Below are positions 39,391 to 51,764 of a stretch of 64,000 nucleotides of DNA, one piece after another. The translations under genes and the position numbers were made by a program. Under the pieces are notes generated by a model, which made no database searches, was not told the DNA's origin, and saw only the letters and a program-made list of their open reading frames with translations. The stretch covers positions 73,658,001-73,722,000 of the forward strand of contig NC_087436.1 in NCBI RefSeq assembly GCF_036321535.1. The letters run 5' to 3'. Each line of letters starts with the position of its first letter. Within the stretch, counting starts at the first letter, position 1. This DNA is from Camelus dromedarius. Taxonomy: Eukaryota.

Positions 39391-39925
39391 TGTGAAAATG
39401 GATAAAGCAAATCTGATTTTAAATGGAGTTGTGGGGGGAGGGTGTAGGTCAGTGGTAGAGTGTATACTTAGCGTGCATGATGTCCTGGGTTCCATCCCCA
39501 GCACCTCCATTAAAAATAAATAAATAAAAACCTAATTACCCTCCCTCCCCCTGCCAAAAAACAAACAAACAAAAAATGGAGTAGGGAAGCCAAGAAGGGA
39601 GTGTTCTTACCCCTGGCCTCAGCTTGTACAGCCAGCAGGAAGAAAGGCTTCCACATTTCCCAGTAACAGCAAACTGACCATCACTTGTAACCGATGTGAA
39701 ACTGCAACAACCCTGAACTCTTGTTCTCCTCTAATGACCTTTTGTTCAAAACAACGCTCCCCAGTTTCCTCCCAGAGCCTAATAAAAGCCACCCTTCCCT
39801 TTGCTCCTCACACTTGCCTACAGCTTGCCACAGTTTGCTTGTCCAGCATTGCAGTTCCTCTGCTATTCCCAAATACACTCATCCTTGCTTAATAATAACT
39901 GTTTTTAATTTTGTTTAGGTTGGCA
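39391..39925 (+). mobile_element. 3' LTR of the intergenic ERV (MER34/MER39-like)
   Basis: purine-rich PPT remnant then TGTGAAAA...GTTGGCA termini; interrupted by a SINE. Confidence 0.8.
39430..39573 (+). mobile_element. tRNA-derived SINE (camelid Vic-1-like)
   Basis: A/B-box head ggggagggtgtaggtcagtggtagag..gggttccatcccc, cctaattacc tail; TSD aaatggagt. Confidence 0.88.
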
Positions 39926-40319
39926 GACTCTTCCAGAAGCACTTCATAATGAACAAAGAGGTCTCACCCGCTCATCTTTCTCAGGTGAGATATGACAACA
40001 TAGCTACCAGTAACAGCGAGAAGCTGGGAATAAAGCCCGAGGATATGGCTTGCCCCCCGGGACCAGTGATCTTGGAGTTGTTCAAGCCAGGAGAGAAGAA
40101 GCTAAGAGAAGTTCAAGGTAAGCCATGAAGGAAAGCAAATGCAAAACGCCTATTACCCACTTCACCAAAACAAGCTCCATCGTGATCCTCCTGCTCCCAC
40201 TTTACAAGGTTGAAAAGTTTAATGAGAAAGGAGGCAGTTTTGATCACATAATAAAATATAATCTTTTCACTTTATTTTTTTTAAGTGCAGCTCTTCAGAA
40301 ATTTCAGTTAAAAAATCAT
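39926..40319 (-). other. NAAA: probable NAAA terminal 3'UTR exon
   Basis: strong acceptor ttttttctcttacag|ATGATTTTTT; AATAAA at 40276-40271; resembles recalled human NAAA last exon; 3' end uncertain. Confidence 0.7.
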
Positions 40320-40442
40320 CTGTAAGAGAAAAAAAATACACTTAATTCAAACACTGATTTTTAATATTCCCACGATAAATGAATGGCCAAACAGGTTCTA
40401 GGTTTAAAAACTCCAGGAAATCCTTGTAATAGGAAAAGGTGA

Positions 40443-40839
40443 TCATACTAAGTGAAGTCAGTCAGACAGAGAAAGACAAATATATGCCATCACTTACGTG
40501 GAATCTAGAAAAATGACACAGATGAACTTATTTACAAACCAGAAATAGACTCACAATCATAGAAAACAAACTTATGGTTACCAAAGAGGAAAGGGAGGGG
40601 GATAAATTTGGAATTTGGGATTAACAGATACACACTGCTATATATAAAATAAACAACAAGGACCTACTGCAGAGCACAAGGAACTATATCCAATATCTTG
40701 TAATAACCTATAATGGAAAAGAATCTGTAAAAAAATACATATATGTATATGTATAATTGAATCACTGCTGTACATCTGAAACACTGTGTGTCAACTATAC
40801 TTCAATAAAAAATTTAAAAACTTTTTAAAGTTAAAAAAA
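40443..40839 (+). mobile_element. L1 3' fragment in NAAA 3'UTR intron
   Basis: TSD gaaaaggtga at 40433-40442 and 40840-40849. Confidence 0.9.
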
Positions 40840-41375
40840 GAAAAGGTGAACTGTTGGTAGGTGGCTGCTGAGAAGGTTCGATTTGAGGGAGAGCAGAAAG
40901 GACTCCTGCTTTTATCCTCACGTCTTCCCTCTCACCTATGGACTCCCTGATGCCTGAAATAAATTCTGTGAGTGTCCTCAGTTCTCCAGTGTCTGTCTGA
41001 TGCTGCAAAGGAGCCAGGCCTGCCTCCCTGTTACTTTGGAGACACGTAAGTCTCACCAGGTATTTGCCCTCTGTGTAAGCAAAGAAGTAATAGCTTGCCT
41101 GGAGGGCAGGTTTTAATAAGGGGCCAAGGGCACTGGGCACCAGACTAGCTTTCATACAAACAATTCATACAAAGAAACAGCGACATTAACCTGACACAAA
41201 TGACAGCTATACACCAGATGCCTGCCAGAAAATATGTACGTATAAATGTTAAGGATGCTACTATCTTCTAGGAGAAATACCAGCACACATCCACTTCTCC
41301 CCATCGCCCCCTCCCCTCCGCCAAAATAAACTTTAGCAAACCTTCACAGTACAGGTGAATTTCACTCTCCTGCTT

Positions 41376-41451
41376 TTAACCCGGGTTTCTGATCCTGGTC
41401 ATGTACTTCTCTGGGTTGGCAGCACTCATTACCGTAGTATAAATTGTGTAG
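41376..41451 (-). CDS. NAAA: NAAA exon 10 coding part [24 protein letters not shown]
   Basis: ttcag| acceptor; TAA at 41378-41376; probable donor AAG|gtttgc after 41342. Confidence 0.95.
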
Positions 41452-44400
41452 CTGAAAATAATAAGAGGAATTTGAATATGCACATCATTTTCTCTAATAT
41501 TCCAAAAAGGGAAAAAAATCCCAAGCCTTTCCCTAAAACTTGGGACCTAGGACAAGAATACAAGTAGAGACCCACATATGTGTCAGAATATTGAAAAGTT
41601 ATAATTCAAGCAATCACATAAAGTGTGTTCCTTCCTCCTATTTTGACTACACTGTAAGGCCAAGTTCAAATTTAAAATTCTCAGACTCCTCAGCGTTCCA
41701 CATTGTGGCAGTGAGGGAGAGCCGGCCTTGGCCTTTAGCCTTGCTCTGCGTACTCTACACGTGGCATGTGCATGGACACCTCAGCCTTTGCATCTAGGCT
41801 TCACGCACAACCCCCAGCAAACAGCATCCCTTGTCCACCCACGACAGCATCAGGAGAACACTACCCAGGGAGGCGGGCCACACAGGCCCTGGAAGTGGCT
41901 TTGGCGCTGTTCAGGCTGAGAATTCCAGGGTCCCGGGCACTTGGGCCAGACTCTGAGTCTATTACTTATATCATGGGAGAGTCCAAGGAAGCCCAGAGCT
42001 TTAGAGGTTAAAGCTCAGGGATCAAGACAGGGGATCCGCCTACCCAGATTTAAGGATGAAAAGTACAATGTCACTTATTCAACATTCTGCAGAGCAAGAG
42101 GCCCGAATAACTTGAGCACGTGCACACACACACAAGGGCCCCTTCCCTTCCCTCTTTCATCTACCTCTTGCCCTGGACACCAGCTGGGATGCATGCTCAA
42201 AGCATCGAGAGTGGGCTTGTTTAGGAATAGGCGCTGGCACCCCACAGCTGAATCATACACCAGGCTGAAGACAGCACTATAAGCACGTGCAGAGCTCGTC
42301 CAAGGGTCACAAAGGTTCCCTGAAAAGGACCTCACGTGCTCATCTACCTTATTCATAATTCTGTTCTCCATCACTGTTTTATTATTTTCTCTGCTTATTG
42401 CCACTGCATAGGATGGAGTTCGACTACCGGTGAGTGTAATTTTGTAGCACAGCACAAGGGGGCAGCATAGAGCTTAACTGCTTCTGTGCAGACATTTCAA
42501 CTAACCTCAGGCACTGAACAGCTTAGTTGATGGTAATCATTAGCCTAAAGGGCCTGAGAGTCAGGGATCAGTGTTAATTCAGGCTCATGTGGTGATTACC
42601 ATTTCAATGCATTTCCTCTTGAGTTTTCAATTATACAATAGGGAAAAATGCTACTTGGTAAACTGTTCATAATTTTTAACAATTCTATTTCAACAAAACA
42701 TGTCAGATGTTACTTAAACACTCACAGCCTTTAACTCAGTAATCCTACTTCTGGGAATTCAGCCAAGGAAAGCAATCCAAAAGCAGGGTTAGGGTGGGTG
42801 GGGTGGGAACGTACAAATGTGTTTATCCAGAGTTTTAACAGAGGAAAAACTAATGACTGGTGAAATTGTAAGGGCTGTTCACAGCATGGAAAAAGCTTTA
42901 TTAAAACAAATAACTATTTGATTATACTACTCATATTTAAAAGATATATTCATCATTTATAGAACTATTTTAAAACCTGAAAGAACACAAAATAGGTTTT
43001 TAGCTCCTATTTTTTAAATGACTATTAAAAGGGCAAAATTGTGCCCTACTGGCAGGGCTCAATGGTGGGCTGGGACTGAATCCTACAGGCTGGTGAGAGT
43101 CAATGATTAAAATGTAGGAAGTTTATGAGCCACCTGTAAGCTTGAAATAGGCCAGGTGGGAGCATTTAACCTTGGACATCCATAGATGCTACAAATCAGG
43201 AGTCTTGTTCTTGCTCTCTCTGCCCTCAAAAAGCTAGTTCCCTAGCACACCACTGGGTACCATCTGCAGCCCACGCAGCTCATTTGTTACAGTAGGAAAA
43301 CTCTGACTAATTTGTTCCCTGTATTGTGCTGTTAGAATATGGTTTATGGAATTAATCTTTTAGCAATAACTTTTTTTAAAAAATCACGACCTACTTACAG
43401 AAAAAAATTTCAAAGGGATGTACTCCTATTATGGTGCAAAGTGCAAAGGGTAACACCAGTTTTGAAAATGTCGTTGTACCTGAGGAATCTTCAAGCACCC
43501 ATATACAAAAGTTAGTCTAGAGACCGTCAGGAAAACTGCTATTTTATATTTGAGTAAAAGAGGATCATTTCAAAGAAAAAAAAAATCAGTTGGGTATTTG
43601 AGACTAGAAGTGACTTTACAAGTTTCATCTGTGTGAGGCTATTTCTTGAAGAATACCACTTTGATACTCTTGTCTTTGGAGAAAGGAGTGAGGCTGATGA
43701 GAAAGTAGGAAATGCTGGGTTTGGGGATTTATTGGAGAAAAAGAAGGATATAAGACTGTCTTGACTTGCTTCCTCTTTTATTTTAGCCCTACCTCACTAA
43801 GTAAAAGAAGGTTCCTAATGAGCTGGTCTTGGGGGAAGATGAGGCACTCAGGCAACACCTCGAGGGGGACGGGACGTGAAGAGGGGGCTGTTGGCCTATT
43901 CAGCCTCGCTGTGATGGTGACGGGGACCCTCAGGGCCTCCTGCACAGGTTTAGGGGTGGCTGTAACTAAGCTTCCTGTGGCAGTGGTAGCCACAGCCCCG
44001 TGGTTCACCTCAGAAATGTAGAGGGAGAAATCCCAGCTTATGGACCCGGGAAGCCATTGCTCCCAGAATGCTACTATCAAAAGCACAGGCTAAAAGAGAA
44101 CCATTAACTTAGGTACTGAACCATCTGCGAAATGGGCACAGAGGTAGCAGAAAACTCCCTGGGAAGATAAAGGAAAGCCTAAAGTTTAGTTCTAACAGCG
44201 CAGTTAAGGCACCCACAACCTGAGAAGGCAGTCTCCTAATTAGCAGCAGGATTTAGGATGAACACGCCATGCCCTCCTCCTTCTCCATCACTCTGTCCTC
44301 CTTACCTTTGTTTTTCTCCATGTACTTCCCACCTGACTCAGGATACATTTGTCTATCTGCCCCTCCCTGCCTCCTTCCCACTCCCTGCCAGTAGAACACT

Positions 44401-44560
44401 AGTTCCAGGAGAGAAGAGACTTTGTTTTGTCACTGCTGTAGCCACAGCACCTAGAAAGCCTGCTCTGTGGGCGCATCAGATCCCTGCTGAGCTGGAGTGT
44501 GTGGGAAAGTCTACTGTGCTGGGGTGATGTATGAACAGATGTGCTTAACATGTCACTTAC

Positions 44561-44589
44561 TTGTTATAAACCGGAAACACTGACAAAAC
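44561..44589 (-). CDS. NAAA: NAAA exon 9 VLSVFPVYN (29-nt micro-exon)
   Basis: tgcag| and |gtaagt. Confidence 0.94.
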
Positions 44590-44625
44590 CTGCATAGGAA
44601 AAATTGTATCAAAAGACTATTAAAA

Positions 44626-45198
44626 ATTCAAAAAGATACACACACCCCACTGTTCACAACAGCATTATTTACAGTTGTCAAGATATGGAAGTAACCTAAG
44701 TGTCCATCAACAGATGAATGGATAAAGAAAATATATACACACAATGCAATATTACTCAGCCATAAAAAACAAAATTGTGCCATTTGCAACAACACGGATG
44801 GACTTGGAGTGCCATACACTAAGTGAAGTAAGTCAGACAGAGAAAGACAAATACTGTAATGATATTACTTATATATGAAATCTAACAAATAAAATGAACT
44901 AGTGAATATAACAAAAGAGAAAGAGACTCAGAAATACAGAGAAAAAACTAATGGTTACCAGTGGGGAGAGAGAATCGGGGAGAGGCAAGATAGGGGTAGA
45001 GGACTAAGAGGTACAAACTACTATGTATAAAATAAATAAGCTGCAAGGATATATTTACAACACAGGGAATGGAGCCAATATTTTATAATAACTATAAATG
45101 GAATATAATCTTTAAAAACTGTGAATCACTATGTTGTACACCTGAAACTTGTATATCAATTATACCTTAATAAAATAATAATAATAATAATAATAAAT
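44626..45198 (+). mobile_element. L1 3' fragment with (aat)n tail
   Basis: degenerate TSD aaaagactattaaaa / aaaaaactattgaaa. Confidence 0.88.
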
Positions 45199-45584
45199 AA
45201 AAAACTATTGAAAGGTAGGAGAAATCCATGCAGAGTATCTATAGGAAGAAAATAACCACTTAACATTTTGGTGTATCTTGGGGTGACAGAGTTACAGACT
45301 TTTGAATCTTTTCTCTTTTTTCTTTTAAATAAATAAACATATGTTCCAATGAAACCATTTTTTTTTAATATGCAGAAACACCCAGGTGAAGATGGACACT
45401 TTAACCCACACAGTGACAAGCTCAGAAAAGGTCGTTGGGCTTTTCTTTTACATGTTTTCAACCAGGTAAAACTTTAACATTTTTATCTACCACATCTGAT
45501 TTCAGAGAATTTTTTTTTTTAAATCACTATTGACAAAGACACCCAACATCCTGGGTAAAAGCTAGACGTGGTGACACAAGTTAC

Positions 45585-45651
45585 CTGGAAGAGCGCCTCC
45601 AGGCTGAGGTTTGCCTGGCCCGTGGCATTAAGGGCTTTGATGGCAGGTGTT
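45585..45651 (-). CDS. NAAA: NAAA exon 8 [22 protein letters not shown]
   Basis: tgcag| and |gtaact, 67 nt. Confidence 0.96.
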
Positions 45652-46430
45652 CTGCAAGGACAATGGTCAGAGGTCACCTGGTGCATCAAGAAACCCTAAA
45701 TCCCGTCGGCTCTCATTTTGGGAGGCTCCATGCAATGCCTAGCCTCATTGTCTCCCTCTTCCCCAAACAGATTCTGGCCCCCATGCATGTTTCCTGCCTA
45801 GTCCCAGACCTCCACTGTGGAGTTAATTCAACAGCCTGGCCCAGTGGCCCCATCTGCTCAAGGAATCCAGGATGATGAAAATGTTTGCTGTGAACTGAAG
45901 AGTTGTTACCAAACACATGGGTCAGTAAAGCCAAGGAAAAAGATAAAAGTACTTGCTCTTTGGAGACACACTGACTTATAATGATAGGATTTTCAAAATT
46001 AGAAAGGAAATTAAAGCCCCCAACTGGTTTGTTTATTTATATAAGTATGGGAAATGTTTTCTTTCTAAAAAAACTCTACATAGAAAACCACAAATCTAGT
46101 TCTAGCCTTTCCTTTTACAGGTGGGTGAGAGACCCAAGCGGCCACCCCATGAGTCATCAGCAGAGCTAGTGGTGGAAGCTAGTGGCTCCTGACCCTGAGG
46201 CCAGAACCAACCTCATCCTCCCAACACCGACCAGCTGCCAAGAAGCTCCCTGCCATGCTCTCCACCACACACTACACTCTTCCATCCTCACTAAGGCACT
46301 GGCCAGGGGGCCCAGGTATATTTTCTGGGAGGGGACAGCACCTGTAGTCCTCTCCAGTCCCTGCAGCAGGAGGGGCACATTCTCCCGACCACAAGAAAAC
46401 ACTGCAAACCAGAAAGTGTTCAGAGCCTAC

Positions 46431-46493
46431 CTCCGGTCGTCTCCTTTAGGCACTGGCTTCCAGTGGTCATAATTTGTCTCCACTAGGAACCAC
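46431..46493 (-). CDS. NAAA: NAAA exon 7 [20 protein letters not shown]
   Basis: tgcag| and |gtaggc, 63 nt. Confidence 0.96.
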
Positions 46494-46636
46494 CTGCAAC
46501 AGAACACATCCTCCTGTCTTATTCAAGGTCATTTGAGACATAAAGAAAAAGTATAAAAATTTAAAATGCCTCTAATTTCACCAATTAAAAAAAAAAGTTA
46601 CCGAAACGAAATGACCAGAGCCTACTGGTCTACTTA

Positions 46637-46855
<219 letters not shown>

Positions 46856-48099
46856 TTACCCACACCAACTGATGGACAGATGGCCCAAAGCACATTCTGC
46901 TATATTAAGTCATGGCTACAGCCTTGAACTGCTCTGACCTCATCCTCTTATCATCAGGGCTGCTGAGATGGAGGAAGCCTCAACGGAAAGTCAAAAGCAG
47001 CAGGACTTTTCTCACAAAAGAAGAGAACTTTGACAAGTTCTAGGCCCGGCTCACCAAACACGGGCCGCACGCTTTCGAGGCAGGTCACCCTCGCAAAGGA
47101 CTCCCCATTTTCTCTGTTCATTTGTTCTTTCAGCAGGTATTTCTTGAATGCCAACAATGTGCTAGACACTGTGCTGGTGTGGGGACAGAGCCATGAATAT
47201 GATGGATCCAGTCCTGATTCTCTCCAAACTTCCAGGGATGGAAGTAGAGTCAACAGCTAATGGTGACACAGTGTAATGAGTGTCAACACAGGGGAAGGAG
47301 CTGCTGTGGGAAGTGCAGCAGGCGAACCCATCCTCACCAGGCCATTGAGGAGGCATCCCCAGGGAGGAGTCGCATGAGCTGAGGTCAGAGAGACAAACAG
47401 AAGTTAGACCAGTGAAAGCGGTGGGGTGGGGTGGGGGTGGGGGAGGGAGCTGCAGCTTGGTAGAACAGATCGGCAAAGGGTTGGAGATGAAAGACAGCAT
47501 GCTACAGGAGAGCAGCGAGCTTAGCTGGGCTTCGTGAACACTTCCACTGGTCTGCAGCAGGGATAGTTAAGAGCATCATTTTCCAAATCCTCAGCTTCCA
47601 CGTGTCACCTTCCTCAGGCTGATCTGCTCAAGAACGTCCTGGGTAGAGGGCCTGTCCCACCTGCACCTTCACCATCGCTCTTCTACCACTTTTTGAAAGT
47701 ACAGGATGGGTGAGCAGGATGGCTGAATACTGCCAAGACTCAATGTCCAGGGTGGGGGTGGGGAGAGGGTCAGACAAAAGAATGATTTAAAAGACCGGTG
47801 TCTGCAAAGGTACCATTTCAACACCACACACTATTAACCACCGCAAACTTTGTGGACTTTTCCTCACCTTACACATACTGCTGTTAGGATGGGGTGTTTA
47901 GACTTCAGTTGGTTTGTTGTGAACTCAGCAAAATTGTAAGTGAGGCAACAGGAGTGATGAAACTTTTTTTATGAATTATATTCCCTATAGCATCCCCCAA
48001 CTATCATCAAAGAATTCATTGCCTCTAACAGAATTCTATCGAGAACAAAGCAAATGAACATTGGTAAGAAATACCAAAGGCAGTGGTGACTGATTTCAT

Positions 48100-49680
48100 T
48101 CACCCAAGTGGCAGACTCAGGGCAAGACAGGTACCTCATCTGTCTCAGGGATCAGAGGAAAGGGGCATTGACTGCTAATGGATACAGGGTTTCTCTTTAG
48201 GGGAATGAAAATGTTCTAAAACTGATTGTAGTGATGGGTGTACAATTCTGTGAATATACTAAAAACCAGTGAGCTGTATCCTTTAAATAGATGAACTGTA
48301 TTGTATGTGAGTTGTATGGCGTTACTGAAATTAAATATACATCTACCTATGACCCAGCAATTCTCTCTTAAATACTTACCCAACTGAAATGGATACATGT
48401 TTACAAAAAGACTTGTAAAAGAATTTCTACAGAAGTTTTATTCATAACAGCTCCAAACTGGAGACAATCCAATGTCTACCAACAGGAAAATGAATAAATT
48501 GTGGCATATTCATATAATTCAATCTTCTTTAGTAACGAAAAGGAATGAGCAAGTGATACAAACAACTGGATGAATCTGAAAAACACTGCACTGAGTGAAA
48601 GAAAAAGCGTCCATGTACTATGATTTCATTTATATGAATTCTAGAATAGACAAAACTTTCTGTAGTGACAGAAGTCAAAGAGTGGTTCCTGGTAGGGAGG
48701 CTGGGTGTCAGAGGAGGCTGGAAATTGACTAGAAAGGAGCACTAGGGAGATTCCATGGAAATGTGGAAATGCTCTGTATCTTGTTTTGTTGGTGGTTACA
48801 TGGATGGATAAATGAGTGTGTACAATTGTCAAAACACATTGAACTAAATCCTTAATATCTCACATTTCATTGTATAAATTATATCTAAATTTTTTTTAAA
48901 ATCATTTTGGGAAAAGGCAAGGGGGAGGGGCAATAGAAGGGTAGGAGAGTAAGAGGTGCAAAGTATTAGGTATAAAGTAAGCTACAAGGCAGCATTATTT
49001 ACAACAGCCAAGACTTAGAAGCAATCTAAATGTCTACCAACAGATGAATGGATAAAGAAGACGTGGTAAGTATGTATGTATGTACACACACACACACACA
49101 CACACAGTGGAATACTACTCAGCCATAAAAATGAAATAATGCCATTTGCAGCAACATGGAATGACTTAAAGATTACCATACTAAGTCAGACAGAGAAGGA
49201 CAAATAAGTGATATCACTTAAATGAGGAATCTAAAAAAATGACAAAAACAAAGTTACAAAACAGAAAGAGACTTACAGACATAGAAAACAAACCTATGGT
49301 TACCAAAGAGGAAAGGGGGGTGGGAGAATTGGGAGTCTGGGATTAGCAGATACAAATTACTATGTAACAACAAGGTCCTACTGTATAACAAAGGAAACTA
49401 TATTCAGTAACTTTTAATAACCTATAATGAAAAAGAATATGAGATATACATATGTATAGTGAATCACTATGCTGTACACTATAAACTAACAACATTGCAA
49501 ATCAACTATACTTTAATTAAAAAATAAATAAAATAAGCTATAAGGATATACTGTACAACATGGGAATATAATCAATATTTAATAACTAAATGGAGTATAA
49601 CCTTTAAAAATTGTGACTCATTATATTGTACAACTGTAACTTATATAATGCTGTCCAGCAACTATACTTCAACTTTTTTT
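48100..49680 (+). mobile_element. cluster of old L1M pieces and nested younger L1 3' fragments
   Basis: inner L1 48990-49529 flanked by TSD aaa(g/a)taagcta(c/t)aagg, splitting an outer L1 3'UTR. Confidence 0.85.
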
Positions 49681-50020
49681 TAATTGATAGTTTAACCTAA
49701 AAAACAATTGCAATATTTCATTTAGGTGTCCTCTTGAGAAATCTCTGCACAACCTGCCAAATGCATTTTCTTGGCTGAATTTATCTTTTTTCCAATAGAA
49801 AATTGACAATCACATGCTAATAGCTAAATATATGAAACTTCTCAGTCTTATTCATGTCATTCTCCTTTAAAAAAATCATTTTCATGTTTAGATTCCACTG
49901 GATAGATTTAAATTATAGTTTTATTTTTAAATGTCAACATATTACAATACACTGGATTTTTTGCAGGTTTTTAATCTTATGATGAAACATTTTAGAAATC
50001 ATCTTAAAAATGTGTGAAGA

Positions 50021-50960
50021 CCCAATCCAAAAATGGGCATAAGACTTAAACAAGCAATTCTCCAATGCAGACATACAAATGGCCAATAGGCACGTGAACA
50101 AATGCTCAATATCACAAATTATCAGAGAAATGCAAATCAAAACTACAGTGAGGTATCACCTCACACCAGTCAGAATGGCCATCATTCAAAAGTCCACAAA
50201 CAGTAAATGCTGGAGAGGCTGTGGAGAAAAGGGAACCCTCCTACACTGATGGTGGGAATGCAGTTTGATGTGGTCATTATGGAAAACAGTATGGAGATTC
50301 CTCAAAAAGTTAAAAATAGATTTACCATATGATTCAGTAATCCCATTCCTGGGCATATATCCAGAGGAGACTCTAATTTGAAAAGATACATGCACTTCAA
50401 TGTTCACAGCAGCACTATATACAATAGCCAAGACATGGAAACAACCTAAATGTCCATCAATAGATGATTGGATAAAGAAGCTGTGGTATACTTATATAAT
50501 GGAATACTACTCAGCCATAAAAAAGAATAAAATAATACCGTTTGCAGCAACATGAATGGATCTGAAGAACGTTATCCTAAGTGAAGTAAGCTAGAAAGAG
50601 AAATACCATATGATATCACTCATATGTGGAATCTAAGATTTTTTAAAAAGCCACAAATGATCTTATCTACAAAGTAGAAACAGACTCATAGACATAGAAA
50701 ACAAACTTATGGTTACCAGGGGGAAGAGGGGAGGGAAGGGACAAATTGGGAGCTCGAGATTTGCAGATATTAAGTAGTATATATAAAATAGATAAACAAC
50801 AATTTCTTCTGTATAGTACAGGGAATTATATTCAATATCTTGTAGTAACCACTAATGAAAAGGAATATGAAAATGAATATATGTATGTGTATGACTGAAG
50901 CATTATGCTATACACCAGAAATTGACACAACATTGCAAACTGATTATACTTCAATTAAAA
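50021..50960 (+). mobile_element. L1 ORF2 end and 3'UTR
   Basis: canonical L1 3' sequence; degenerate TSD aaaa..tgtgaag. Confidence 0.9.
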
Positions 50961-51350
50961 AAAATTTTGTGAAGGATGCATAGTTTGTCAACATCTTTAG
51001 GGACCATTCAAGTAAAAAGGTTAGGAGAACTCCAAGTCCAGAGGGGCCTCATCATTTAGAGCAGGACAAGGGATGGCCCAAAAGGCCAAAGCTGGGCAGG
51101 GCCAGATTCCTGTACCAGAGATGTGCTCCTGCTTTCTATGGTCAGATTACAATTTATATGTGGCCTGGAACTGTGCTAACGGGCATGGATAGCAGGTGTT
51201 CCTTTTGTTATGTGTAGAGCTACCTTCTAATGCATTTGTTTTGCTAATGCAGATACTTGCAAAATGAGATTAAGATTTTGCAACTGGAGATTCTAAAAGA
51301 AGGGCACATCTATATAGAAAAGCATACTATCTCTTATCTCAATCAGCAAT

Positions 51351-51730
51351 TTTTTTGTTTTTTTTTAATTTATTTTTACCTCTTTTTTTCTTAAGTATCA
51401 CTGAATTATAGTGTTAGTTCCTGGTGTACAATGAAGTGACTCAGTTATGTATTTCTTATTCATATTCTTTTTCATCATGTTTTATTACAAGGTATTGAAT
51501 ATAGTATGCTGTGCTATATGGTAGGACATTGTTATTTACCTATTATATATATATTTATTTGTATCTGCTAATCCCAAACTCTGAATTTATCCCTCCCCCC
51601 TTCCCCTTTGGTAACAGTAAGTTTGTTTCCTATGTCTGTGAATCTGTTTCTGTTTTGTAAATAAGTTTATTTGTACTATATTTTAGATTCCACATGTAAG
51701 TGGTATATGTTTGTCTTTATCTTACTTTAA
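51351..51730 (-). mobile_element. L1 3' fragment
   Basis: T-tail; TSD caatcagc(a/t)att. Confidence 0.88.
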
Positions 51731-51764
51731 CAATCAGCTATTGAGATAAGAAAACTCCAGCCTA

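Noticed and set aside
39430..39573. tRNA-like sequences (also at 21348 and 57640)
   Set aside because: A-rich tails, TSDs and no full cloverleaf: SINEs, not tRNA genes
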